A stretch of 64,000 nucleotides of DNA from the human T2T-CHM13v2.0 reference genome, Homo sapiens. The stretch lies in NCBI RefSeq assembly GCF_009914755.1, contig NC_060933.1, one strand, 5' to 3'. Positions 1 through 13,414 of the stretch are shown here, piece after piece. The notes under the pieces are model-generated. The model saw only the letters and a list, made by a program, of their open reading frames with translations. It ran no database searches and had not been told where the DNA came from. The position numbers and the translations under genes were made by a program. How positions within the stretch are numbered: the stretch's first letter is position 1; each line of letters begins with the position of its first letter.

Positions 1-924
1 AGGAAAATATTCCCTCAGATAACGAGGTCAGCCAGTCTCAATATTTTAAGATCCTCTTTTTCTGAGAGTGTCCAGTTGTCATCAAAAATGAACTCTGATG
101 ATCTTTCAATTACAGTGCTTTGGGCAAGTTTTTGTTCGTTTGTCTGTTTCATTTTAGATTGCTAAAGAATTTCTGTGAAAGTTCACAGAACCACTGGTAC
201 CCTGAAGTCAAGTCTCAATTACCTTTGGCTTGGGGAATAGGGTTACATGAACACTTGCTGGTGATTTCCAGGCATCCCTTACTCAATTCCCTCAATATTC
301 CCACCACCGAGCTTTTCTTAGAAGGGCTGTTAACAAGAAACCAAATGTACAGATTTGAGTTTTGCCTCATTTCACTTCTGCAAGATTACAGAAGGAAACT
401 GAAATTTCTAAAATACATCTTGTAGGAAAGAGAACATAAAAAGAGGAAACAAAGGTAATCAGAACACAGAATAACTGGCACCTGAATTCCTGGGTATGGC
501 CTGCACTGGGAATGCACTATAGAATCTGAAGGGATTAGTCACCATTTATTGAGCTTGTCTAGAAGGAGAGCAGGAAAAGCAGAAAGTACTTGGGAATGAG
601 AACAAATAATTCTATGCATTAGATGTATTTTAGTTCTACAAAACGCAAAGGACACACTATCTGAACTTCCTTTCAGGTGTTCACGTGAACCTTCCTAGGT
701 GGAGGGCTTTATTAATCAGGGAGGCCAAATAAAGCCTAGACACCCTGACACAGAACATGTTACTGAGTCAGTACAGCAAACCAAGAAGCCTTGGAAAGAT
801 ACACATGTTAGCTGAGGAATAAAGAAGACTGAAATACTTATCTTCTCTTTTCAGTTAAAAAGGATTTGTGACATATTGTCTTAAAACATATTCTCTAGTG
901 TATGTCTGTGCCAAAGATTATAAG

Positions 925-1106
925 GGTCAGGAGCGTAGGCTATGGATTTGGTCAGCTGGGTTCATAATTTGGACTAGTCATTTTGGACTCATTGTTTAAA
1001 CTCTCTGTGCCTCCATTTCTGTATCCGTCCATTGGAGATAACATGAATATCCACCTTGATGGACTATATGAGGATTACATGATTAGTCTGGAACACAGTA
1101 AGAGCT
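925..1106 (+). mobile_element. MIR
   Basis: Core TTTAAACTCTCTGTGCCTCCATTTCT...GAGGATTACATGA. Confidence 0.7.
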
Positions 1107-1175
1107 TCCTCCATGAGAATCATATGATTCATATTTTAACTCTATCTTCATTCTGATATGCAAATAAAAGAATAC

Positions 1176-1278
1176 TATATTGTTCAGGCTGGTCCCAAAC
1201 TCTTAGCCCCAAGGAATCCTCCTGCCTTGACTTCCCAAAGTGCTGGGATTACAGGAATCCCAGCCTCTGCACCTGGCC
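1176..1278 (-). mobile_element. Alu left-monomer fragment (FLAM/AluJ)
   Basis: CAGGCTGGTCCCAAACTC...CCCAAAGTGCTGGGATTACAGG...CACCTGGCC. Confidence 0.85.
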
Positions 1279-1478
1279 CTTGCATTTTTTATCAGCTTGA
1301 TTTTTGTCCCCCACATATCTTTGGAACCATTCCCTATGTGCACATGAAGAGCACCTTCACTTTTTAACAATTGTATAGTACATCGTAGCATAACTATAAA
1401 ATAATTTATCTGTCCAGCTTTGTATTGCTGGAAATTTAGGTTGATAGCTCGTAAACACAAACAATACTGCCAAAAAAC

Positions 1479-1479
1479 C

Positions 1480-1531
<52 letters not shown>

Positions 1532-1575
1532 GTGTGTGTGTATATATATATATGTGTGTATATGTATATATATAT
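1479..1575. repeat. Compound (TA)n/(TG)n microsatellite
   Basis: About 97 bp of uninterrupted pyrimidine-purine alternation. Confidence 0.95.
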
Positions 1576-2232
1576 CTGTTATGTTTTCCCAATAATCAAT
1601 ATTTAATATCTAAGGCAAATTTATTTTTTCTCCTGGAAATTACAACAAAATCTGCCTCATTTGTTTTCATAACATTTTGCATTCTTTGGCTTCTGGAGTT
1701 AGTCCAGAGACAAACTCTTCACTCTGTTGCCTTCACACAAAATAGCTGGTTAAGTTTTATTTGTAAATCTCAGTAGATTCCTAACACACTCAGAGAAGAA
1801 AAAGCAAACTCAGAATAATTTACCAAATATGAATGTAGAAACGTGTAAGCATGACGAATTAATGATAACTATGAATTATGTCTACATAGTTCACATTACA
1901 GTACCATAGTCTCAGAACTATCTTGACTTCTCTCAGAGTTGTAATAATTTTAAATGTCTGGAAGAAGATTCTCTTCTTAAATATGTAGGAAAGGAATTGA
2001 GAAAAAGTCATGCATAAAAAAGGTAGGACGTGGTTCTTTTTGCTTATGGTTTGAGTGTTCACTCAGTGTTTTTATAGAAAACGCTAAATTTATAATAACT
2101 CTAATGGATACAAAAGAGAAAACACTCCTCATTACTTGTACTGCTTGGTGTTGTTGTATCTTTATTGTTCTTATTTTCAATGATAAAATTTGAATTAATT
2201 CTTCAAAATTTTAATGCAGGGAGAAATCATGT

Positions 2233-2251
2233 GGGAGCCCTCTGGTGGCCA
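2233..2251 (-). promoter_or_regulatory. CTCF core motif
   Basis: Minus strand TGGCCACCAGAGGGCTCCC versus consensus TGGCCACCAGGGGGCGCTA, in a GC-rich island within AT-rich unique DNA. Confidence 0.75.
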
Positions 2252-2907
2252 AAACAATGCTATTCAATGTTCACTAGAGAAGTTCAGGCTCGGTCAAAAG
2301 ACTGTCCTTGAAATCCTAAAACTTTACTACCTATTTCATGTTGATATATTTAGAGTATCTTGATTCAGGTTACCAAAGTGCCAAAATATTTTAATGTCTG
2401 TTACCAAACTCTTAAAGTAACATTTTCAGTGCAGAAGTCAATATTAAAATGTATAAAAATGTTGTATTTTTAAATGAACATAGAATCATAGGTGACTTTA
2501 GAGCAACAGAACTATTGAACTACAGAATTTTATAACAGGAATAAATCTTAGAGTTAATCTAGTAAAATTCACCCATTTAATGAACAAAGAAATAAAGCCA
2601 GTTTAGGTTAAATACTTTGCATATGTCTCAGAGTAATTATTAGAAGGGCTGGGGCTGGGAGTCCACTTCTATATATTGCAATCTTGAGTGATCTGGAAAA
2701 ATGCGGTCATTTAATTTTGCCTTAATTTCTTTTTTCTATTCACTTTACATAGGACCTTGTCTTACGTATATATTGGCCTTGTTTTCATGCCTTTAAAAAA
2801 AAAAATCCTGCTTCTGAAAGTTTTCTAGGTTGAGTTAAGCATGAGCATCAAGTATTTTATAGTTTAAAGGTAAAACAGAGAAATAAAAACAAAAAAGAAA
2901 ACAAGGA

Positions 2908-3491
2908 ATATATTAGTTTTCTATTGCTGCCTGGTAGATTACCACAAAGTTGGCAGCTTAAAACAACACCCTTTTATTAGTTCAGAATTTCAAAAGCTCG
3001 GGTCTGATGGGTCTCTCTTCCTCAGCTATCACAAGGCTGAAATCAAGGTGTTGGCTGGGCTGTGAGTCATCTAGAAGCTCTGAGGAAGCTTCCAAGTTCT
3101 TTCAGGTTATTGAAAAAAATTAACTTCTTTGTGATGGAATGACTGCGGTCACTCTTTCTTTCTCGATTTTGGCTAGGGGTCACTCTTAGCTCCTAGAGGC
3201 TGCTCTGAGCTCCTTGTCCCCACATGGCCTCCTTCTTCTATGAAGCCACATTGAGGAATCCCCATTTTGGTGAATCCCCCCACACTTCAACTCACTTTTA
3301 GGAAGTGCAAGAGCTATTTATAGGCCAGTTTTACCCATGATGGTTCCTCTTTCTTAAAGTTAACTGTCCCATATAATATAACCTAATCATGATAATGACT
3401 GTTCCATCATATTTACAAGTCCTGGGATTTGTACAGGGACATGTATGGGTATATGAATCCTGGGGGCTATTTTAGAATTCTTTCTACCACA
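2908..3491 (-). mobile_element. MLT1 (MLT1E-like) MaLR LTR
   Basis: Begins TATTAGTTTTCTATTGCTGC, contains AAGGCTGAAATCAAGGTGTTGGC and ends TTAGAATTC...CTACCACA. Confidence 0.8.
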
Positions 3492-3654
3492 ACAAAATAA
3501 AATTTTCTTACTAAAATACATCTCAGTTCAAAGGAAGATTTTATACACTTTTGCAGCTTTTATACTTCTTTCAATATCTTAAATGTATATTTTATCATAC
3601 CTACAGAGATCATATATTAATAAGGTCTTGTAATATGAAAATATTGGCTTTACA

Positions 3655-5530
3655 ATTCAATAACTTTTCAAATGAATTTTAAAAACCTACATTTTTTTTT
3701 GTGGTAGGCTCTCTCCTAGCTGGGAATTCATCAGTGAATGAAACAAAGTTTCCTTCCCCTGTAGAACTTACATGCTATTGGAGAGCGATAGATAATACAC
3801 AACTATAGCCAATAAGTAAATTATCTAATGCATTAGGAGGTAAAAAGTGCTATGGAATGATAGTAAAGGTATCAGGGTAAGAAGGATTTGAAGTATCAGC
3901 AAGGGATTAGGTAAGTAAGATAGCATGAAGTGGGGTACCATGGGTGCTTCTCATTGAGAAACTGAGATTTGAGCAAACACATGCAAGAAGTGATGGAGTT
4001 GTGCATGAAGATATCTGGAGGAAAAATAATGGAGGGTGAGGTAACAACTAGTGCAAGAGGCCTAAGGATAGTCCATGCCTGGCATTTTCAATGAATAGCA
4101 AAGGAGGAAAATGTGACAGTAGTGGAGTGTGGACAAAAAAGAAAATAAAGGGAAAGGTACCAGATAATTAGGTGCCATTGTAGAGTATGGATGAAGTTGG
4201 TGGAGGATGGTAACAAGTATGACTTAAGTTTTAGAAAGACCACTCTTGCAGCTTTATTAAGAATGAGTTGTATACAATTTGGTGAGTGTGGTATACACTT
4301 GTGTTACTATCACCACAATCCAGGTAATAAAGTTATCTATCATCTTCAAAAGGTTTTTGGGTCCTTTATTTTCTGGTTTTTATATACCAATTATACCTCG
4401 AAAAAGCTGGACAAATAATTATATATTATCAACTGTAAAAGATGAGAATGAATTATAATGGTACAATGGTAGAAGCATGGAGATCCATCAAGAGGCTATT
4501 GCTGAAATTTAGGCTACAGATGACTATGGTTTGGACCAGTTTTAGGAGCGGAGGTGAAAGAATGGGCTTAATTATGAAAATGTGTTGAAGATAGATCTTC
4601 ATAGCATTTTTTATATATTGGAATGTCATGAATAAGATAAAGAGTGGGTTAAAAACCATTTTTAGGTTTTTGGTATAAGTGACTGAACACAAGGAGTTGC
4701 TATCATTTGAGATGGAGAAGATGAGAAAAGTCAGGGACTTAGTTTTTGGACAAGTTTCATTTTATATGTTTTCTAGATATTCAAGTGGATAAGTCAAGCA
4801 GGAAGTTGGATATGTAAGTCTGGATTTCATGAGAAAGACAGGGCCTGGAGATGTAAATTGGAAGTCACAGGTATACAGAAGGTGTTTGAAAGCCATGGGA
4901 TTGAGTAAAAACACAAGGGAGAGAATCAAGGTATAAAATAGAAGGGTACTAATGACTGAAACCTGGAGCATTTCAATGTTAATAGGTCAGAAGGATGGTG
5001 AAAAATGAGTAAAGGAAACATGAAAAGAGAAACCAGTGAAACAGAAGAAAAGCCAAAGTGTGTAGTATCACAGACGCCAATAGAAAAATGATTAAAGAGG
5101 AAGGAGTGATAAACTGTGTCAAATGCTACCAGTAAGATTAAACAAAATGGGTCCAGAGACTAGAGCATTGGATTTAGCAATATTGAGGGGATTGGTGACA
5201 TTGACAAGTTTTAGTGGAATGATGGAGTAAAAGCCTAACTATAGCAGTTTTAAGAGAAGAGGTATAAAGAAGAATCACAGAAAAAGGAGTATAGACATTA
5301 ATTTCAGGAAATTTTTTCTGCAAAAGAAAAAGAACCAAGGAATAGGGAGAGTGAATCTGGCAGAGGAAATGGGGACAAGACAATTTTGTGTATGTTTTTT
5401 TAATCTTGGAGAAATAACAGCAAGTTTGTGTGGTTATAGAAACAACCTAGTAGAAAGGAAAAATTGATGTAGAAGAGAGAGGAGAGCTGCTAGAATGAGG
5501 TCTTTGGCTTGGCGGTTGAGGGACATCTAA
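3655..5530 (-). mobile_element. LINE-2 (L2a-like) with short L1 fragments inserted at ~4262-4418
   Basis: Purine-rich L2 antisense hallmarks: GAGATTTGAGCAAA, TTTTAGAAAGACCACTCT, GGAAGTTGGATATGTAAGTCTGGA, GATTTAGCAA. Confidence 0.85.
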
Positions 5531-8500
5531 TGCAGATTATTCTTGTTGTATAACAGCACTGGACTTATTTTTTTCATGACCCATCACAGTCTATTGTATA
5601 ATAAACAAACCAAGTGAAATGCAAACACACATTTAAAATCATCAGAGCATATTCATTATGAATCATATGAGTGTTTGCCACCATTTGCAATAGATTTTAC
5701 TAAATAAGGCCAGCTTTTAAGATGTCATTTTCTCCATTTCAATCACGTTTGAAGAAAGAATTGTGTTGGAAAAAGTAGTGATGGGGAGAAGTAGGAATAT
5801 ACAAGAAGGTTAATTATGTTTATCAGAAGCTGCATCTTGAAGAAACATAGTTCAAGAGTCAGAAGACCCATGTTTGAGTTTCAAGTACCACTGACTAGTT
5901 TTTCTACATTTGCAAAGACAATACTCCCTCTAGGTTTGATTTTCATTATGAAAAAGAAATACATTCTGTTGATGATCTCCAAGGTCCATTCTAATAAATT
6001 CAATACAAAAACATTCCCTGAATTTCTGCTTTGTATAAGAGATAAGATATAAAGCTGGCAACTTGCTACCAGTGAGGCAGCAGAATTATAGTTAACAAAC
6101 AGAAAATTAGAGGGAAATACATCTGTAAAATAAGGTCAAGCAACCGGGTATAAAGCATCCAAGGGGGATTTGGGTCTCAAATATAATATGCACCTTCTGC
6201 CTTCTCTCATTCCTTCTCTTCATTTATCAATCCGTCAGTAGACTTTAATTCTCTTATGCCTAATTCTGTTCTAAATATACATTAGAGAGCTTTGGAATTA
6301 AGAAGTCTCTTATTTTAACGGATTCCCAGCAAACAGCTGATTTAGACACCAGCACAATCTGGTTTCATAAATACTGTGAGAATTTATGGGTGTCTGGAAT
6401 AAAGGATGATGTGCACTAAGTGTCTCTTTCAGTTAGGACTTTGGGGATGTCAAATATTCTTCTTCTGTTGAAATGTAAATTCCTGCTTCTACTCATGGAC
6501 CTTTGAATTTAAAGCCAGATAAAATTTAATTCATTTTACCAATTTTTATTCCTAAAGGTTTGTGGACTTCTCATGACCTTTTGTCACATGGAGGATGATC
6601 TTGTATGTAATCATTAGGTCTGAAATGAGGAAAGCTTGGTGAGAACTTTGAATGGCGTTAGTCACTATGCCTGGGAAATCATATATAAGGTCCCTTTGCA
6701 GCTTTCAGAAGACCTGAAATGTGGCTAATGATTTTAAAAGACCATATAAGAATCAGAGAGCAGTGTGAGGTAGCAAGTGAATGAGGGAAAGAAGCAAAGT
6801 GATTAAATATAGGTCTTTTGGCTATAAGGTACCACAATAAAATTATTAAATCAGAGGATGTGCTGCTCAATAGTTTTTAAAATAAAAAAAAAAAATGACA
6901 CAGTTAAGAGGGCAATAGTGCAGACTATTTTAGGTTGACCCTGTCTCAAGCAATTGGAATATATTTGACATTATAAAGGCATTATAAATATATTTATTGA
7001 TTGGACTTGAGTCTTTATGTCTTTCCTTTTTTTTCCCAGGTAACATCTTTACCTACCACAACCATTTCTCTGTTCTCTATTTCCTTTTACATTTCTATTC
7101 TGTAATGCTTTAGAATTTGCACTTTCCAAAGAGAGAAACTATTTCTCTGGAGTTCAGCTGAACAGAATTCTTCCTGTGAACAGGCTATACAGAAAAATAT
7201 GAGATTTTTCTATAAGATTTTTTTTGTTGCTATTTTACAAGCAAGAAATTAAATCACATTTCTGACCACAACTACTGGAAAATCTTTTGTTTGAAGACCT
7301 TTTTGAAACAGCATATTCTCCTATTCTTTGCATTGCTGTTCAAAGGTACTTGTAACATTTGGAAAAACATATTATATAGGCAATTTTTTCTTATTTAGGT
7401 TATATTGCCTGTTGTCTATTTAAAAATATAGACCAAAATTATTTATATTATGCTATTTGCTTATTACTTTTCCAGGTAATGAAATTATTTGATTTTAAGC
7501 AGCATGTATTCTTTTTGGTGCTTTAAAAATATAATTGCTTACTATAATGAAATCAGAAAAGAATATACCAGGTATCTTGCTATGTATATCTATAATACTT
7601 TAATAAATATTCCTGGAAACATTTTAGCCTTGTTCATCCAGGAAGAATTTGGAAAAGCTGATTTTAAATAATAAAAAGCTCAGAATTAAAATGAATGTCA
7701 TATTTTTGCCTTTACAGAGAATCAATTAAGTTGCAATCCTGAGTATGTACTTGCTAACTATGCCAATAGTCATAAAAGAACTGATTGGCTCCCATGCTCC
7801 AGAAAACCAACTTATCTATAAGCTTAGCTATTCTATATCTCAGAAGTCACTCCAAAAACCCAGAGAGAATGGTAGAACTAAAAAGTACATGTTGAGAAGG
7901 GCCTGCGCCTGAATCAGATTCAGTCTTTGTGATTAATCCAACACCTTTACATTCTGAATAACAATCATTAACGTCATTAAGCTGCTTGTTTCTTAATCGC
8001 ATTCTTGTATAGGAAACTCAAGGCGAGACGAACCAACTCTGAGAAGCCCACAATCAAAGTTGATTGCATCCAACCTTACTGTTGCACCTCTATTAACCTA
8101 CAAGCTGTTTGGGCAGGGCTTCTAAAAACAATTTCAGGATAAAAACTGTCTCCTTCAGATTTTGCTGCACTTGCATTTATTATGAATTTTCTGGAAATTA
8201 TGAAGCAGAACAGCTAATGATCCCATCATAGACAGCCATTATCTCAAACTGTGAATACTGGTTGTCATTTTCAGAGTCAACAGATGTTGACCTTAGGGTG
8301 GCAACTTTTCCTTCATTGTATGAACCTAATCAACATTATATCCTTCAGTTTTCTATAAAATGCACTATCCAATTAGAAGGTAAGCTTTTTAAAAAGAGAG
8401 GTCTAAGGTTAAAATCTCATTTAAGCTGCATTAGTCTAAATGTGGCTTTGGGCTATTTTTATTAGCTGAAGCTATTTATGATTTTTCTAAGGAATAGGAA

Positions 8501-10693
8501 AGGACACTTCGGGGACTACAAAGAAATTGATTTAATGGTATGCATGACTTCACATTCAATTTCTATAAAAATGTCCCCTGATAAGAGGTTGTGAAGATTT
8601 CTAACAATCTCTCTCTTTTCATCTCTGTCCTGATCTTCATAAAAACAGTGTTTGCAAACACATAGCTAAATTGACAAAGACTTACCTAAAGAACAATTCT
8701 GCAGCATGGCTGGGATTCAATAATTATTACCCCTCCCAATTAAACTGAACTTGAAACCGACTAAACCTAGTCATTACTCACATGGAGATGTGGTATGAAA
8801 TCCTGAGCCCTGTCTACTTTCTGTGGAACTCATATACCTCATTTGAACTTGGTTCTAAGCTGATTTTCTTCAGATGACTTTCCCAATTAAATTCCATTTG
8901 ATGCTGATAATGACTTTATTGACATCTGACTTCGTTTGATTTTCATGCATCTATTCAATCATTTTTATTCAGCAGGTGTACGGAGTGCCTGCTGCGTGGA
9001 GGCAATATGCTGGGCTTCCTCAAAAAAGTGAAAGAAGATTCAGAGACACTTACTTTCACAGCTACTACAGATTAGAGAAAATGTAGAAAGAATTCCATTT
9101 CAACACAACATAATTATAACTTAAGAAAACATTTTTATATGTTTTTTGCAGATAGTCTCTAGTAAGGATGCTTCAGTGATCTGGTTACAGTTCATTTTAC
9201 AAACTAAAAATCCCATGTGTTTTCATGGCAGAAGTCAGATTTCATAACAAAAATGATGTTTTCAAATTTAATATTTGTGGTAAGTACAATGTGTTTAGAT
9301 TTTAAATTTCCTTTTAATGGAAGTGATTCTAAAAATCTGACAGTTGTTTGATATTTTTCATTTTGAGCATTGGACAGCTGAAAAAGACTATTTCCTGTAG
9401 ACTGACAGTTGTATAATAGATGGGAAAAAAAAAAAGATGATTGGCAAAGCCATAAGAGAGAAACAATAAAAATAGGGCAGTCCTTACCTCAATTTAACAG
9501 AAGCAAATAATAGGAAAAAGAAATCTGAATCTATGGAAGCTTTTACCTTAGACTTAGGCAAGTAAAATCCCATTTCCTAAGGGGATGTTTTAAGCAAATT
9601 TATACTAAACTCTTTTTCCTGAAAATAAATATTGAAAGATTTGATTAGGCTAAGTTTGTGACAAGGTCTATGGGAGTGTGAATGCATATTTATTTACATC
9701 TCTGAAATAGGTAAATTGGGAAATTATCTAGAAGTAAAGCTGATAATGAGAAAAATACAAGATGTGAATTAAGTATAAAGAAATAAAGTTATTTAGTAGC
9801 AAAAATAACAATCTAGTCATGGTATCAAAATTAATATGTAAAGGTAAAATGTTATTTAGCAATTATAAGTTATTTTCATTGTATTATATTTTCTATAAAT
9901 AATGGTAAATTCCTGCTTGATGATAGATAGCTTTACAGTTTTTAATAATAGATACATTCATTGAAAAAGATTTCCAAGTGTATTATGTGAGGAAGTGGAT
10001 TTGATAAGTCAAGAGTACTGTTATTCAGAAATATCTTTCACTTGGTGACAGGGAAATATAGCTTAAGGCAAAGCACTGAAGCCAGATGTGTACACAGAAA
10101 TTACCTTAAATTCTACTAAAACGATGTAAAAAGAAAGAACTGCAGTGCCAAATAGAGATGACTTGGTTAATATTTGAATACATGGCCAAATATTTTCAGT
10201 CCTGAGGTTCTCAATATATTGCATATAAAGGGATAATTTCCAGGAAGAATACAGCTAATCATGTCATGTTTAAATCCATTTTAGTTTTTGTCATTAGAAG
10301 TGCAGGTAATTTGGGGGACCCTATAGGTCAAAGGCTTACAACTCAATTGTAATAGGAACTTAAATGCTTATAACCATTCTTTTCGCATATAATCCTTACA
10401 GTTGAAAATGCCCAGGCTTTTCTCCCTTCAATTCATTTGAGATCATTACCACCGGGGATATCTTTCAAAAATATCAATTCAGTCATGTCATATTGCTGCT
10501 TATTAATATTCAATAATTCCTTATCATAATATTTAAAGCTGCTTTGAATTTATTTCTAGATTAGTATTATCTTAGTGTCCTATATTTTAGCCTTTCCTGG
10601 CATTCCTCAATTTTATACCTGATTACCTTGTTCATAGTGTTTTTTAAAATGCACCATGGCTCTTTACTGCCAGATTCAATTCTACTGTTGATC

Positions 10694-10892
10694 TTTTTTT
10701 TTATTGATACATAACAGAGGTACATGTTTTTGGTACATGTGATAATTTATAAAGATCAAATCAGTGTAATTGGGATATCCATCACTTTAAATATGTATCT
10801 TTTCTTCATGCTAGAAAGATTTGAATTATTCTCCTCTAGCTATTTTGAAAACACAATATATTATTATAAACTACAGTCACTCTAGTGTGGTC
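10694..10892 (-). mobile_element. Short L1MA-type 3'-end insertion
   Basis: Poly-T then ATTGATACATAA...GATCAAATCAGTGTAATTGGGATATCCATCAC; probable 9-bp TSD TTGATCTTT at 10688-10696 and 10893-10901. Confidence 0.8.
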
Positions 10893-13414
10893 TTGATCTT
10901 TCAGTCTCAAGATTAAGCATACTATCTTTCTCATGTCCACATGGAAGATTAGATTTCTCCCTTGGTAGCTTTTTGATAGTAACTACTATTCAATTAAATA
11001 TTATACAACTATTTATCAGGGCCTACCATGAATGAGAAAACTTCTAGAAATGGGCATACAGGAATAAACAAGGATAGAAACCCCCTAGCCTCCTGGGGTT
11101 TTTCTCATATATGTTGGATATTTACCATAATAATTCATAAACTCCTTTTGGAAGAGCCAACGTTAGTCATTCTTGAGTCCAATCAGAGAGAGTTTAGTGG
11201 AAAACATGGCACTTGTTCAAATGTTGACTTAAAAAAAGATCGAGTGGAATTAAACTTCTATAATATTGTTAATTCCCACTTGGAAAACCATTCCTCTTTT
11301 ATATCACAAGTCAGTAACACAGGGAGGGCATCGCAAGGGATGGCAAATATGTGGTTGGGAAGTAAGTATATATTATACATTCATACAGTATTTCTATAGT
11401 ATTTCCTCAAAAGCTTCCGTATTTATGACTTTTTGAGAAATAGTAGCAGATTCTCCCTTTATTATAAATAAATATATAGGCATATAAAACACAAATAAGT
11501 ATTGGGATCCTAGGAAACATACGTAAGGTTTTGCCTCATACTTTGTTAAGGGAAAAAAACAACATTTTAAAATATCAACCAACTAAAAACTACAACACAG
11601 TGTGATATCTACAATTCAAGGATGATACAGTTCAAGGATGAAATGTATGAGAGCAAGAATGGGGTCCCTTGTGGTACTTCATTGTCAACATTGTCAGAAA
11701 AACATCAACTAATGTGTCTTGTATAACTTCATTTCTAAAAGATATATCTGTCCCAGATGAATAAAAAAGGGCATACTCTCTGTTCTTGAAATTCACTTAC
11801 CCCTAAGAACAATTTTTAGTTGACTCTCAAGGGGCCAATACGTGCTCACAGCCTGCCAATAGAATAACTATCCATTGTTTCTTTAAAATCTATAATACTT
11901 TTGAAGTCTATTAACTAGGATTTCCTTGATAGAATAGCAAATGTGTTGATAGTTAGCAGGCTTAACCTATTGCCTTTTGAAAGTGATAGCATAAATCAGC
12001 TATACATTTCTATGGAGAATTCACTTTTAAAAGAAAAGAATAGATAGAATAATTAAGTGTAAGAAAACCTTTCTTATTGGTGTAAAGAGTGGTCAGTGGT
12101 GGAACGTAGATTCTTGTAAATCCTTTTATCAAATGTTTAAGGAGTTATCTAATTAACAGGAGGCAGCTCCAGTTTATTAAATACTATTAATCTCCCAGTT
12201 TATTACCCTTTTCCTTGAGAGTTCTGGAACTGTGCTAACAAAGGAAGAATAATTATCAGGAAATCAGTACTATTTTGTGCTTTTTTTTTTTTTTTTTTAA
12301 CTGTACTTGTGGTCACATTAGAACTGGATATGACATATCTTTTTTTGGTTGTTTCTTGTTTTTGTCATTCAAAATAGGGAATGATAAGGCCACAAGAGCA
12401 ATTACTGATCAACACCCCAAAAGGCATCTAAAATGCCTCTCAGAATCATAACAAGTCTTAACATTCTAGATAGTTGTAATGGACCCAGATTTAGAAATCC
12501 TCATATACAAGCTGGCATCATATCCCTTATACCTGAAGAACAAAATCTCATACTAGGAGATCTGAAACAAATGGATTCTCAAACATTTCTATCTCTATTT
12601 TACTTAGAAATTAACTATATTTTGCTATGAGTTGTAGCATTTTATTTTTAAAGGTTAGGAAAAACCATTATGTCGATCATAAATTGCTAGAACATTGGTG
12701 TAGTTTCAGCTTTTAGGGGACTGAGATTGGCTCTCTGTTCAAACAAAATCTTAGGTGTTAGTACAATAGGTAAAGCTCATAGATGCAGGGTTTTTCTAGC
12801 TAAGTGGAAGTGGTCTTGGCACATAGGCAGTGTGTGGGGCCTGAAGCTCAAATATTCAGCAGCCTTTCCTACAGGTGACCACTCTAGATTCTCTAAGAGA
12901 GCTTTGTGAGCCTGTAGAATCTCCACAAGCAAAAACTTAGAAACCATCGATATATTTTTTTCATCAAATACATTTGACAACTGAGGGAACTAAGGTCCAG
13001 CGACAGTAAATAACTTTTTTGGTGTTGATACTTAATTATTTACTTTGCATTATAGTTTTAAGCATTTTTCCATCTTATTAATGAAATTATAAAAAAGTGT
13101 TCATCCTTTGTAATTCATTATATCCCCACACTGTCTGACACACGGCATTTTATGGTATTAGTTGAAGGCTAATACCACTTTAGAAAACATTTTACATAAC
13201 TTCTATAATACTTTACATATTTACATTATCAGTATTGTTTACCAATATTTTCATGTGCCGATCTTCAGATCAAGGCCTATTGCCTCTCTTAAATCAACAT
13301 GAAATTAGCTTTGGGAATAGAAATATTGAGTCTAAATTGATAGACTGATCGTTTTTCTCTGTTGTGGAATTAGCTGCCTAACACAGTTTTATATGCACAT
13401 AAAGTCTGTGTAGA

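Noticed and set aside
7021-7480. Plus-strand polypyrimidine-CAG|GTAA motifs (near 7039 and 7475) resembling recursive sites
   Set aside because: Opposite strand to the only convincing exon and weaker donor motifs. Kept as evidence that such motifs arise by chance.
9488-9618. Minus-strand 131-nt pseudo-exon (ttattttcag ... GAG|gtaagg)
   Set aside because: Composition is indistinguishable from intron, and such pairs are common without transcript evidence.
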